Assembly: GCF_964355755.1 (NCBI RefSeq)
Contig: NC_092674.1
Coordinates: 24,986,001-25,050,000 of the forward strand
Length of the DNA: 64,000 bases
Reading direction: 5' to 3'
Origin: Antedon mediterranea
Lineage: Eukaryota; Animalia; Echinodermata
The position numbers and the translations under genes were made by a program. The notes below the pieces were generated by a model. It was not told the origin of the DNA and did no database searches. It was given only the letters and a program-made list of their open reading frames with translations. Below, one piece after another: positions 44,388 through 58,525 of the stretch; the stretch's first letter is position 1, and each line of letters opens with the position of its first letter.

Positions 44388-47131
44388 ATGGACACAACAT
44401 CAGAATCAAATAAAACTCTGTCATCTCAGAATGTTACCTCATCTACCATGGTTGCTATAGAAACATCAATCTTCATTCTTTTGCTAATTTGCATTTTAAC
44501 ACTGAACGCACTCCTGACATACACCCTCTATCGCAAATCTCGCCTCGAAACACCTAGTAACCGTTTCGTCTTCAGTCTGGCTTTGGCTAATGTTGTGTAC
44601 TGTATGTCTTTACCGTTTGACATCATCAGTTTTGTTATGGATGAGTGGTTGTTTGGCGTCATGTGGTGCAATATGACAGGGTTCATATCCATGTGTATTC
44701 TCACAGGAGGTATATTCACTGTGACATGCATCACTATCGATAGGTTTGTAATGTTTATTACTAGCATGCTTTGAAATAAAAAAACCTTTTGAGTATAAGT
44801 ATACCTCAACTCATACCCCAGTCCAACATTTTGCATAGAAATAGCTCCATTTTGTTGTGTTGAATAAAAAACAGAAATCATGTCTTACATACATTAGACT
44901 GTTAATGAGTGTATATTTGCATCCAATGTTTAGCTTATAGTTATACTGTACAGTGAGTCAACTCTGCCTCTGACACCTTTGAGCTGGCGTAATATATCTG
45001 GTTTTCCAGAATTTGGGACCTTTTGAACCCCGAGAAAAGTCTGGTTTTGGGAGAGTCCGGTATTGAAAGAATCAACTGTATTGACATTGGCAAAGCTCAT
45101 AAAATCTTCTTAAATTTCATACCATCATCTTCTAAGCAGCGACACAGATTTTTTACGCAGCTAAATTGTTGTTTGGTTTTAGCTGCTATTAGTAATATAT
45201 GTTAGTCTCATCCTAGGCTACAGTACATGCGCTTTCCTACAGATGATCGTTTAAAAAAAACACCCTGTTGTCGAATTTATTTCAAATGCATGTTTTTACA
45301 TAATTTCAATACAATGTATCTAAACTTGTAGTGTAACATACCAATTATATTTTACTTGAATAAAATATTACCAATAATTATATTCTTGTTTGTAGATATT
45401 ACGCGATTGTGAAACCAATGCTATATCCATTTAAGATAACAAGTAGACGGACAGTAGAACTCATATGTTTTGTTTGGGCTCTTGCCATTTTTATTACCAT
45501 TCCACCATTTTTCGGATGGTCACGTTTTGTCTTCCACAAATCAAAGCTCGGCTGTATGGTCGACTGGCGCCATCATCGTTCTTATGCAGTAGTTTACGGT
45601 ATTATTGGTGCTGTCATGCCGACAATAACAATTATAGTGTGCTATCATCATATTTTTAAAGCTGCTCGTCATTCAAATCGCCGTGTCAGCAATGGTCATA
45701 TTGTCGATACGAACTCACGTTCAAGAAGACGGTCACGTCGTTCGTCGCTCCTTGTTAGTATACGAATGAATTCTCCAACTAAAGCGCTACGGACAGTTTT
45801 AATAACATTAGTTTTAACTTTTATATTTTGGCTGCCATTTATACTTAGTGGTTTAATCGAGATCATGACTTTAGAAATGCCAGCGTTTATCCATCTAATT
45901 GCTATAATTCTTCTTTGTTGCTGGTTTCTTGCGCAACCGTGCATCTACGGTTTGTGGAATCGGACGATTAGAAGAGAGATAAAAGCGATGATTTGCGGTA
46001 CTTCGATATCGTTTGATGGGGATGATGAGCGAGTGTTCTTTCAGAGAAGGCAGTCCAGGGGGGCTAGCATAACAGGAAGTATTACAGATCTTAGTTATAC
46101 TGCGTTACTGCAGTCAAGAGCTGCTGCTGCTGGCGTGACAGTTATAAGTGGAAACAGTGTCCACCAATCAAGTAATGACTCAGGTCTGTATATACCGAAT
46201 AATAATTACTATTTAAAAATAAATGTTAATTTTTTGATAAACCAGTTGCCAAATACCTTCTACGTTACGGCTATTTTCAGTAGCCTTGGTCACGCATGAT
46301 TTTCTGTTAAAAAAGTTAGCGTTTAATTACTTTTAAATATCCATTTTTTTTAGAATAATTATTATCTATATCTATATTACTATGTTTAGATAGTATAATA
46401 AATTAAAGGAACATTTATAATAACTATTCAGCTCTAAATATCTGTACACCACACTCTAGTCTTAGCCCAACTATAATCAGAATACTATATGTATACTGTA
46501 TAATCATATGTTCAGTTCCGCTACTTCTAATGGAGGCTCTTCCTTCCTCCTATCCTACTATTCTTTCTCCAACAATATACCATGGAAAATCTGGAAGGTA
46601 TAACCTCAATAAATATGTTGAATGAACTAATAATACTGTAGTATTATTATTAGTATTTAGTGTAGACTACTTTCATTTTCTAGCATAACAATCGAAACCT
46701 TGATATTCTTAACCATACTGTTTGGGAACTTTATGGTGTCGCACAAACCTAACTTTTACTAGTGTTTATTGGCCATGCAAACATTTAAACAATATCCATA
46801 TACACACATTTTGTTTTGTTTTCACTAATATTTACTGTTACCATTTTCTGTGCGTTCAGGTGCCGTGTTAGCGTGTATACATGAAGCAGCAGACTCTGAT
46901 AAGTCGCTCAGCAACAGTTTAAACCTTAGTACTATCAATAAACCTACAAAACCTACTCATCATACACACAGCACAAACGGCAACGTAGAGTCTGAGAAAA
47001 AGGCATCCAATAAGAGAAGAACTCAAATTGTTCAAAAAGAAACGTGGCGACATCCGCCAAGGTCAAATGGAACAACGGTGGAAGATGAAGGTATCGAGGA
47101 GAATTTTGAAGTGGTAAAACTCGATGATTAA
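44388..47131 (+). CDS. GPR161: GPR161-like class A orphan GPCR, 3 coding exons (44388-44743, 45396-46183, 46860-47131)
   Basis: Seven hydrophobic segments; DRY split by a phase-2 intron (ITIDR/YYAIVKPMLYPFKITSRR); PPFFGWS; IYGLWNRTIRREIKAMICG and SITGSITDL match recalled GPR161 (YPMKITGNR, IYGLWNKTVRKE, SISNRITDL). Exon phases are consistent. Confidence 0.85.
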
Positions 47132-47358
47132 GTTGGTTAATGCTATACAGCTTTCGACTTGTTGCGATAACCAACGACCAAACTAAAGTATTACAAATTT
47201 CATGGCTGAAAAGATTGTTAAAATTTCAAAATGGAAGTGTTTACCTAAAATGTTCGTTGTGCGCACATGGGCTATTGGGACGTGATTCCTCACTCTTCAC
47301 ATAAACACAGTTCTAATGGTTTTCTACTGATTCAGCTTAAAACACTCAGGATACCTAC

Positions 47359-47432
47359 CTGTATAGATTGATAATATTTGGTAAATATCCATATTTATAT
47401 GGATATTTACCAAATATTATCAATCTATACAG
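47359..47432. repeat. Perfect palindrome, 36-bp arms with a 2-nt spacer
   Basis: CTGTATAGATTGATAATATTTGGTAAATATCCATAT-TT-ATATGGATATTTACCAAATATTATCAATCTATACAG. Confidence 0.95.
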
Positions 47433-47519
47433 TAAGTAAGTAAATACTGATGTAGTGAAATGTATGTTTCCAAGTTTGAAAATGAATCATACACATTATC
47501 AAAAACAGACAAGCTTTTA

Positions 47520-47648
47520 AGCTCTGTCTACACAATCAAATTTTATGTGAAAAAAAATGTGATGTGCCCATAATATGGACTATGGACATGATGATGTCAT
47601 ATCACTACCATATTTGGGCACAAATTAACTAATTGGATAGTGTAGAGC
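47520..47648 (-). mobile_element. MITE family A, TTA TSD
   Basis: tta-AGCTCTGTCTACAC ... GTGTAGAGCT-tta. Confidence 0.75.
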
Positions 47649-48260
47649 TTTAGAGAAAAAAATATACTAACTTGAATTCAAATTTATTTACGATAGTTAC
47701 ACAGTTGTTAATGTAATGAAAGCGGAGAGCAGTGAACAACTCTAAAAAACACATTATTTTCTCACAATTTTGGAAAAACCTATGGTGCTTCTTTAACTCA
47801 TATATAATAGTTTAATACTAGCAGCAGTGTGAACAAAACTATTAAAAACACTATTTAAAAAATTGTACTTTTTTCTTAAAGTTCGAAGAAACTTATTGGT
47901 GCTTTAACTAATATTTTTATACTATTTTTATTTTGTATATAATATTTCCTTGATTTTTATATCTGCTATTTATAAGTCAAATATCAATGCCAAATTTTGT
48001 TAGTGAATAGTCAGTATTTTGATAAACAGTATTATATTTTAAATACTTTTACATTTGTAATACATGAAAATGTATCTTTAAATAATAGTAAGTAATTAGT
48101 AATAAAAAATGATTAATAGTGATTGTGTTTTTTTTAGTATTATTATTATTTATTCTGGCAAATGATACATTTTACAACAAACAAATTAAACAAATACGAC
48201 ACAAGAAGAAAATATAAAATCATAGTGACTAGCTGCCAGGAAAGCACAAAAGCAGACTAA

Positions 48261-48439
48261 AGCTTGGTTCCCACTAGAACGTAACGCAAGGACGTAAACA
48301 CAACGCAAGCGTTTTAACCAATGACAAGCGAAGTTATAGACAGTTAGCAATCACAAGTGAATAAGCCATCGCTTGTGATTGGTCAATTCGCTTGCGTTGC
48401 GTTTACGTCCTTGCGTTACGTTCTAGTGGGAACCACGCT
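48261..48439 (+). mobile_element. Harbinger-like MITE family B, TAA TSD
   Basis: taa-AGCTTGGTTCCCACTAGAACGTAACGCAAGGACGTAAAC ... GTTTACGTCCTTGCGTTACGTTCTAGTGGGAACCACGCT-taa; ~50-bp TIRs. Confidence 0.85.
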
Positions 48440-50613
48440 TAAGCCACTGTCACCAATTATTACCATGTAATCAAGCAATCAGTTAGTAGGCCTGAACTTC
48501 CTGATTTATCTTCTCTATCTTGCACAATTTTCATTTCTTAATAGTACTTTCGCATGCAAAAGTCAAGACAACATGTTGTATTAAATAATTCATTTCTTTA
48601 TTACAATAGAAAAGATTTTCAATTATTTTATTATTGCCAAATAAAAGTCGCAGAACTTTCTTTTAAATAAAAATTTATACTAAAGTTAGCTAAAATGTTT
48701 ACCGGTACCATGGAGTAATTATTACTCCACGCTGGTACAATACATAATAAATACAGCAGTATTAACAATTGATGCAATAGTATAGTACCTACATATTACA
48801 TTTTCAATACTTTAAACACATGTTGAAATTTATACTGCTAAATAGAATGCAGCAATCCTAATAAATTTGTTCTATAACTGCTAATATATTTTACACATCC
48901 TAAATAAATACTGCAATAAATTATATTCATATAACTTAGTACTGTAATAAAATTGAATTTAAAGCATTTTACACCTGGGACCCAAAAAAGTGTTCCCTTA
49001 TTAGGAGTCTCCCATTAATAGGATCTCTTCAAATGAGTTTTACTGAATTAGCATTGCATAAACATTAAAAAAAACAAATTATTGTAAGCTTTTCAAGCAC
49101 AAACATAATTCACTTAATTTTTATGATTTGAAATGATGTAATTTATAAACTCTAGAAACTGAAAGGCACATATAGATTATGTTGTTTACATACTGAGAGT
49201 TGAAATTATGATAATTAGTTTCTATTAACCGGTTTTTTGGGAGTTTATATTTAAACTGACTGTTTGAATTATCTCAAAACCATAGCATAATATGAAACTC
49301 TGATGAAAGTCAATCAAGAAATTAGATAAATTTGTTTTCTTAAAATTCCATAAATACACATTCTGAATACTGAGATTCTCTTATAATTATTCCATAAAAA
49401 TGCATAATAAAAATTCTACTTTCCAGATATTTGAATGGAATTTTATAAGTCCATTGGGTATTTACATTTGAATGTATTAATTCATAGCTATATAGTTTAA
49501 TAATACTGTATCAGTCAAATAAGTAGAATATTTTATTCATTGAAATCAGTCACTTTAGAACAGTCACTCTTTCACCTTATGAAATATTCTCTCCATTCAA
49601 CACACAAACATTCAATATTTGTATAATAATAAATATTTATACATTTTAAATTTATAAGAAATACAATATTCCTGACAATCAATAAAGTATAAATTAAAGT
49701 TAATAATTTATCCTTTTAAAGATAAAACCTGAATTACCTGAATTTATGATGATTCAAATGAAACTAATTTGTTTTACGTCAAACAATTGATTTACTTTCA
49801 TTGTTTGTTTTATGGAGCATAATTGCTTTCTCTTATTAAAAAAAAACCCATAAAAAAAAATTGAGTTGGAAAATTATATTACAAACAAAATATTTACAAC
49901 TTAAAATGAGGTAAACTTAAATGGCAAGTATCACAATATATTTACATTTGTTTTATAGACTTTATGTATTAATTATATAATACTACAGAAACGTTAACAG
50001 TAAGATATAATTTTTTTACAATACATGACCATAAAGAAATTCAGCAATGAAATGTAATAATTTTGCAACAACATATGTTAATTATCTTAGAGAGTACAGT
50101 GCAATTATTAAATAAAGTACATAAAAATGTCCATTTTCCAAGAAGCGATACGTTTCAGTATCGGTCTTTTTAAAAAAGTATTTGCACATTCGTATAAACA
50201 CACGTACATTATTAGTGTAAGACATACGCACATTAGTGTAAAACATAATTATGCACATTAACATATTATATTGGTTTTAAGGAGTTTCACATAATAATTA
50301 TAAAAGTTTTGTTTTACTACACTTTTCATTTATTTGAAAATTTCTAGTTTTAGAAGGTATAAAATGATGGGTAAATGTTTTAAAAATCTGCAGCAATTTA
50401 AGGTTTTCAAAACACAAATTTAAAAAATAATTTGTCACCAATGTTAAGCCCACAGAAAATAAAGATCATTATTTATATATAAACTTATTAGATTCATGAT
50501 GACCTCTCTGTGACCCGATTGTAAAATAGGTCTTCACAAAAAAACTTGCTAGTCTAGCATAAAGGTAAGGTAGCTTAATGACTAAAGGGGAATCCAGACA
50601 CCTTGAATGGTGG

Positions 50614-50927
50614 TAATAATAATAATGATACCACATTTATATAGCTCCATTTTCACAAGTAATCATGCTCAAAAGCTTTACAACCATTATTACCCAGATC
50701 ATTTTTTGATCAAACATGTATGGAAACATACTCCCATAATGCAGCTAGTAATCAGCGCAAAGTTGTGTCTTGATCTAACCGGGTACCCATTTAATACACC
50801 TGGGTGGAGAGAGGCAAACATAAGTAAAGTGCCTTGCCTAATGATACAAGCAATGCGGCAAGAGTTGGATTCGAACCACGACCTCACAATCGGTAATCTA
50901 TTTTCCAACACACTGCACCACACGCCC
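50614..50927 (-). mobile_element. tRNA-derived SINE, same family as 29668-29950
   Basis: Reverse complement of the same head (GGTTCGAATCC), core and (ATT)n tail. Confidence 0.85.
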
Positions 50928-51456
50928 TTACATAGAGTACCAGTCATGTGGTTCCAGAAGAGATAGAGAAAACCAATTTGGCTTAGTGCTATTATGATAC
51001 ATTTTTATCCCTGGTAAAAGGCAACAAACACAGGCCATCATAAACCTCTTTGTTGTGGGATGGTTTCATATTATTTCCCCATTTATTTCTTAATCTTAGG
51101 CAGCGAGAAATGTACAACTTGTAAAAACAAATTATTGTAGGCCTTTTAGATGATCATACAAACAAATATTAAAATATTACAAGTTATAGTACTGTACATT
51201 GTTTTGTTTGTTTTGGTGGATAAATTGGGAAATTGCACTTTAAATTTATCATAATTTACTGTAAAAAATGAAAATTAAGTTTTAATATTAATTGGTAAAA
51301 TTATGAAAGTTTTATTTTTAATTAAAAAAATAAATTGATTATAAAATTTGGCTTACATTAAATGTTAAATTTAATACTTTATAACACTTTGTGTATACAT
51401 CCTTCCTTGTCTTGACAACTCTGGGACCAACGGTCATTTGTCCACTACTCGGTCAA

Positions 51457-54400
51457 TCAAGTATGGCAAATTTGAATTTTCAGTCGTACTTTTAGTTGCG
51501 TATTCGCTACAGTGACTCTTCTTTTAATCTGGTTTACAAATTTTCAAAGTTTATAGTTTATAGTCTCAAATCTTTCAATTGCAGTATATATGCATCATAT
51601 TTGTACAGTTAAAATATTGAATATCTCTATGTATGGACTCATACCTGTGTCAAGCTATGCCTACTCCCTCTAGAGTCTTTAGGCAGCATGCTAACTGTGG
51701 AATCAAAGTAAACCTTGTTTGCAGTGGGGTTAGCATGATTTGTGTCCCTATTAACTGCTGGTTGAACATGATCAAATTTACTTGACTTGGGCCTAGCACA
51801 CGATACATCCATATTTTCTGGATGAACGATATCTTTATTAAACTTGCTAGAACGTAGCTTAGACCGAATTATTTCACGGCTTGAAGTTGTGCTGATAGAT
51901 TTCTTGCTCGTCTTCGGTCGAGAACGGCTTACTTCAAGATCAACTAGTTGTTTTTGATTGGTCATTTGAACTAAAGCAGGGTTCATTAAAACCTAATAAA
52001 ATTTAAAAAAAATAGAATTTAAAAGTATAATCATAGAATGTTTAGGTCTTTGTCATTAGTTTATTGACCGTGGGGACACTTGTCAGTTTTAAACAGTACA
52101 ACCACCTCTTTGGTACACCCTATTAAGTGTACACTTCCCCTATGTCAACAGATACTATATGGCATCATCAACTGTGAAATTTACTGGCATACTACCAGCC
52201 CAGTGGTATTGCATCAATTACGTCTCACTGGCATGTGACTTACCAGTCTACAACGACTCATGTGGACGTGAACTTTGTGCACATTAAAAGTCCCTATTAT
52301 ATGATTTAACACTACAGCCAACCAATACACAGGACACACTTATGTAACTTATCTACACTATCAAACTATAGTTTGACTAAAAAGGTGTGATTTGCCTAAA
52401 TATGGTAGTGATGTGCCCAAATATGGTAGTGATATGCCCAAATATGGTAGTGATATGCCCAAATATGGTAGTGAATATGCCCGAATATAATAGTGATATG
52501 ACATCATCATGTCTGTATATAGTATGGGCACATCACATAAAGTTTAATAGTGTAGACTTTTTAGGTCCTAAAAGTGTCCCTTTAATAGAGGTTCTACTTT
52601 ACCTCATCAGAATCGGATGTTTTTTGTGATTCTACAGCAATCTTGTATTCAATACGAAGCGAACTTTCAGAAGGTCCAACTTGATAAGGACTTGTCATGG
52701 CAGTGGACTCCATCTGTGACATCAGCTTCGTTTGATGGCCTACACGTCGCTGGTGAAGGTTGTATAGGACAAAGAACGACACCATTCCTGCTAGAAGTAC
52801 AAATGCCAAGGCCGACAGGATTGTGATTGTAAACGGAGTGAATATCTTTCCATCTGCATTGAAGGTAAGAATATAAAATGATGCTTAGTTTTTACAAAAT
52901 ACATTGGTAAATAAAACTACTAGTGTATCAGTACACTGACAGTATTAGCTGGGCAGATTATTGTACAGTCTCAGGGGTCTGGAAATCAATTTGTGAAAAT
53001 TAGGTGGTGAGATTACATTTGCAATATGTTTTTTAATATGTCAATAGCAAAAAATAGTTACATTGGCTGCCAGCCAATAGGTTTTTGGTTGAATTTAACC
53101 ATTTCTGTTGTCATTTTATAAGTGAAAACATTTTTTTAGTTTTTTTTTTTCTTTGTAAAACTACAAAATGGCCTATTCAAAGTCTGATTTTATTAATCTT
53201 CATTTTTCATGTTTTTGGGGGACAATACAAATTTAGCCTAAAGTATTGGGTGAGTTTATACTTAAATTACAATGTAATGTATTTATCAATTTATCAATGT
53301 ATTTTCTCTCTGAATTTAGTGGGTGGGATTATGGCCCACTGTACTGTTGGTTTGTATCAACAATGGAATTTACCAGTCTTTTTCTCTCTGAATTTTGCCA
53401 AAATTTCAATAATTATTGTTACAATATGGATCTATGAGATAGCAGGCTTTATTATCCAATTTATTCTTGTACTGTAATACCAATTTATTCTTTTGTATAA
53501 TAAGTAGTGAAGGATTTTTATTTCTGCATGGTTGTAAATTCAATACAAATAAAACGTATTCAGGAATTAATGATGCTAACCATATGTCTTTAATAAAAGT
53601 TTAAAAATGGAATATTTTAACAAAAAATCTATTTGTCAGCCAAAAAATTAGGAATATAAATTTATTTTTATTTGAATAAACAACACAAACCATTGTTTTT
53701 TGGCGGACATAGCTCAGTATGAAGAGTAATGTTTTGATTGTAGGCGACAGTCTCCAATTGATCAAATGTGTACGATACCTGAAAAAATTAAGATATATTA
53801 ACTTTTTATGACTTTTTTTATTAGCTTTTTTCTTATATTTTTTTTCTAAATTGATGATCAGATGTTAGATAATTTGCCATTGTCAGCACACAAGGAGACA
53901 ATCTCCTGTTCACACACAAAACAGTAATTTCTTATCGTGCATACATGCAATGTATAGTAAACACCTTACTATTCCGAGTGTTAAAAACAGAACGATACAA
54001 ACGTAGCCTCATCCCCTACCTCCTAAATATTTTAATAACCAGGTTATAATGCAACTTACTACAATCCATAATCGCGGTGCTATATTATTCATAGTCAAAA
54101 CAGTTCCAAACTTTTGTTCCAATAATTGTATTTTTTTATTGTACTATATATATTATAAATTGTAATTGTAATATTTGTTAAATTGTATTATGTTTATCTA
54201 ATTTTTGCTATTTTTATACACAGGACCAACATCTTCATATCCCATCCATAGGATTTGTAAGCAATGTGGCACCACAGGTCTTGAACCCATGCCTCATGCA
54301 TGGTAGTTCAATAGTCCATATCATACTGCTGTCAATACCATTAGTGCCTTTTGGTAAAAATATTAACCCTGAACATTAATGCTATATACTGCATGGTCCC

Positions 54401-57400
54401 TTTAATAATCCCTTTTTTATAGTAAAATGAATGGTTAATGCCTAAGAGCAGTATGAATAAATAATGCCCTTTGACCTATCACCTTGAAAAATCAGTGGAT
54501 ATTAACAGTTCATTTAAAGACTTAATCCTCTTAATATGTGGTAATGAGGATTATGTGATTTATGCTAATCCTAGTTAATAACTCCTACAAGGGACGCCTA
54601 CTCTATATGATTGGTAAATTCTAAGCTGAGGTTAAATCTTGTGAATTGAATGATCATGTTATGAGGATGTAATAGCTTCTGTAATGTTTTGCGGTATCAA
54701 TGTATCACGTTATTTCTTTGTAACATGATTTGACTAACATTAACCTTTTTTGTCTTGCGTGAGTTCTTCTCACGTTTATTTAAATTCTCATTGATGAATA
54801 TATTATATACATATAAGTACATTTGTGACAATTAAAAGTAAGTGTTTAGAGTAGTTAAAATACCGGTATATTTACATAATAAGATGCCAGAATTCAGTAT
54901 TAACCATATATTTTCTCATTTAAAATTTTAGATACAATGTTAATTAAAATGTAGAAATGAAAAATGGCAGTAAAATACATGATTAAAATTTTCTTGTTAA
55001 ACTATCTTATTTGTGTTCTTATTTGTGTTCGAGTAGAGAGGCTATAAACTCAGGGGAGGAAAATGTAGTATCCACCCTTTTCACCAAGATAAGATGGATG
55101 GAATGAAAAAAAGAGGAATGCAATAGGTTGAAAGTTAGTTATTTAGAATGATAGCATGAAATGGTATATTTAATGGACTAACATTAACCTTAAAGGCCAG
55201 GTGCGGGTAAAAAATTTCTATTGGTCATACATTTCAATAATTATCGATCTATAGATTCCCCTAAGTTTCATAATTTTTGGGATTTTATTTGTGTTACACG
55301 AGCTTGTTGAAAATTAGCACTTTCTTATCAGTGGGGGGGATAGTTCAAATTACACACTAAAATCTCTTTTGTACAAAAATTTTTTTATTAGAGAGGCACT
55401 TTAAAAAGCTATGAAAAATAAACGGTGTGGTAAAAAATGTTATCAGATGACTAAATATAGGTAATATAACTTGAATTTTACATTTCTGGTATTTTTATTC
55501 AACTTCAGATTTTTATTTTCATGCTATAGCAAAAATTATCCAGCGTATATCCACCATCTTTTTTCACCTTCTAGGGAGTCACCAGACATGTTATTACATT
55601 ATGTTAACTACCTAACTACTGAAAAAAAGTCTTCCTGGTTTTTTTGGCAGAATTTTGCCAAATTTTTTATTTGACCATATTAGGGGAAATTCATGTTTTT
55701 TCGTCTTGATTTCTGTTACAAATATTTGATTTATGTACAATTAACCAGATATTATATTTAAAATTCATGCCTGTACCTAAGCTTTAACATATTAGCATAG
55801 GCAGGGTTTGAGCCTCACTCGATCCAGGGTTCTGGTGGTAGAACAAGTCTTCTCGGATAAGGACTATAAACCGTAGGTCCCGTGTACACATCTGGCTCAT
55901 GTGTACTTTAAAGAACCTACAGTACATCTTTCGTGATGAGTAGGGGGTTACCCAGGTGTATTAGTATGCACACAGCCACTGTCACTCATCAAGAGGGCCC
56001 CTTGATTGTCAGCATATGCTGAAGGATCACCCTCTATAAATAAGGTGTAATAACAAAAAAAATAATAAAATATGTCAATGTGTGTTGCATTGCACCAAAA
56101 TATTCCTATTATTTTTCAAGGGAATCTTCTATAAGACCTCCTACCCATAGTGCCTATCTTTCTCCCTAATAGCTGCTGAGTTGTTCTCCCTCCCTCAAGT
56201 TGAATTATAATCCCTTGTTGATTATAGGCCAATAAAAAATCATGCAGTCTTTTATGGAGATTTTCCTTTAAAAAACCCCTAATAGATGGTACGCAGGAGA
56301 AACTTAAGAGCACAATCTTCAAAATGCTAAACCATGACATTATCTTTTTGAAAATGCCACACTATCCACCCAATTTAGTGTAACATGATATGGCAGATAA
56401 TAGCTTATTATATGTTATGTCCAACTCCGACATTAAATGAATAACAAATATAGTGGTTGGATGGCTTTTATTCCAATTTCTGTATATAGTACTACACATT
56501 CACTCATCTCCTTATATAAAGCCTTCTATCGGACATTATTTCTCGCAATATATTGGACAGTTACATTACTACAAAACATACTCACTTTAATCTCTATTGA
56601 CTCTAGTGTTGTGATTGAATGCATCTGAACATGAATGAAGGCCTCGTTGTAACCTTTCAATTTCACACGTTCATCATCATTTACGAACACCCGTTCGTGA
56701 TCAATGTTCAACCCATCGACCTAAATTCAACACGAAAAACGACAACAAAGAATTGGTAAGATTTATTTATATTCCTTTGTCTACACTGTCAAACTTTATG
56801 TGACAAAAAATGTGATATATGCCCATATATAGACATGATGATGTCATATAACTACCATCCCAGAAAATTGAAAAAAAAAAACATATCTAAATGGCGTGTC
56901 TTCACTCTGAAAAACATAACCATATCGAATTTGTATACCAACTATAATCATGAAACATTTTTAAAGCTATAAAAAAATACTATTTAATGTCTCATGTCCA
57001 TTGCCGTATTACTCTACACTAAAGTACATTTTAAAAACGTAATATTTCATGTTAAATTCTTTCTAGATATTCATAAAGCGTGCTTCCCACTAGCGACGCA
57101 ACGCAAGGACGTAACGCAACGCAAGTGAATTGACCAATCACAAGCGATGGCTTATTCGCTTGTGATTGCTAACTGTCTATAACTTCGCTTGTCATTGGTT
57201 AAAACGCTTGCGTTGCGTTTACGTCCTTGCGTTACGTTCTAGTGGGAACCAAGCTTTACCTTATATCATACCATAATACAAATTATTATCACTGTGTCTG
57301 TCAACTATCAAGTTGATTGTACTATATGCTATCTATTTATATCTATAATGAATTATAGATTTTGAATTTGTACTTTACAGAACATGCCTCAGGGAGTTGT

Positions 57401-58359
57401 GGAATATATTATAAAAAAATATTACGTTTATTAAGAATGCCATAGATGTACCTTAATAATGAAATGCATTGTTGGCTGTTCTCTAATATTTAATATACTT
57501 GCATTAAATTTAATTCTAGAAAAGTATTGTTTTGTAATATCAATATCCTTATTATTGATAGATATTAGTATTGTCATGACGATAAATAATGCTATCGTTG
57601 TAATTTATATTAATTGCACCACGAAAATATTAATATTCTGGACTATTATTAATATATCATTATTACAGTTCCTATATTATGTGGGGATTTTATTGGCTGA
57701 TTAGATAACTATAAATAATAATTGTATCGTACTGAAATTACTGCCAAAAATATTTTTCAGTTTATGTTGCATGATTTTTAGTTATATGAGGTATATGACT
57801 ACAGTATGCTGTCACTGCAATAGACAGTGTATAATTATCAACACTTCACCAAAAAAATTGTATTATAATTACTGCAGTACTGTAGAATAATTTTGCCATT
57901 GTTCCTAATACGGTATATTACTTTTTTTAAACAGCATAGGTAATATATCATCGGCTAAACTTTTCATTATAGAATCTTTCATTCGATAGCAGATCTCCAA
58001 GCCAACTAGATAACATCATCCTAGCCTTAGGTAATTTTACTAATCAATCTCTGCACAGAATAAAATCAATTTTGACTTTCAAAAAACACCTTGCATAAAA
58101 AATACACACCTTTCAAACTATAAAGATTTTTTTTCACAATATAAAATCAATAATTTTGTTCAAGATATTTTAACGGTAAAAAAAAAAACAACATACAGTA
58201 CCTTAGTTACTACCATCATTTCGGTTGGCTCGCTGCATTGATACAACCGTGTGTACGTGTTGATCTCGTATCCATGGAAACTGAGTGTACAATTTGTGAG
58301 AAGTTTTTTCGTGTCATGTTTGCAGTTGCCTTCGCCTCGGTCTACTGTCCTATCTTGAT
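51457..58359 (-). CDS. Uncharacterised single-pass (type I-like) membrane protein, spliced; 5' end uncertain
   Basis: Phase-consistent minus-strand exons: 58359-58202 (QDRTVDRGEGNCKHD..CTLSFHGYEINTYTRLYQCSEP), 56720-56586 (VDGLNIDHERVFV..), 53778-53691 (VSYTFDQLETVAYNQNITLHTELCPP), 52853-52603 (TM: FTITILSALAFVLLAGMVSFFVLY then HQRR), 51992-51645 (Ser/Lys-rich tail), 51528-51457 (TGA). All bounded by AG/GT. Family not recognised. Confidence 0.7.
52350..52557 (+). mobile_element. MITE family A with about 5 internal tandem units, nested in Tc1-like MITE sequence
   Basis: TCTACACTATCAAACT..(CCAAATATGGTAGTGATATGC)n..ATAGTGTAGAC, flanked by GGACAC.. and ..AAGTGTCCCTTTAATAGAGGTTCTACT halves. Confidence 0.7.
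55194..55783 (-). mobile_element. Kolobok-like MITE, reverse-orientation copy of 25670-26174
   Basis: TTAA-AGGCCAGGTGCGGG ... CCTGTACCTAAGCT-TTAA; long internal identity to the reverse complement of 25670-26174. Confidence 0.8.
55800..56050 (+). mobile_element. Second SINE family copy (Deu/Nin-like core)
   Basis: GGATAAGGACTATAAACCGTAGGTCCCGTGTACACATCTGGCTC..TTTAAAGAACC. Confidence 0.7.
56777..56858 (-). mobile_element. MITE family A (partial); another partial copy at 19741-19812
   Basis: TGTCTACACTGTCAAACTTTATGTGACAAAAAATGTGAT..GACATGATGATGTCATA. Confidence 0.65.
57077..57255 (-). mobile_element. MITE family B, near-identical reverse copy of 48261-48439
   Basis: Reverse-complement identity over the full length. 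Confidence 0.85.
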
Positions 58360-58525
58360 CTGCCAGAACAAGTATAGTTATATGATTGTAAATGTGTACT
58401 AATGTAAATTACTGTGTTAGTTGTCTTAGAATTATGTGTTAATATATTGTTAATGTTCCCTACTGAACCACTTTGGAAATCAATGCTTTAGCACTGAAAG
58501 TGTCATTCAGTATAACGACAGAATA

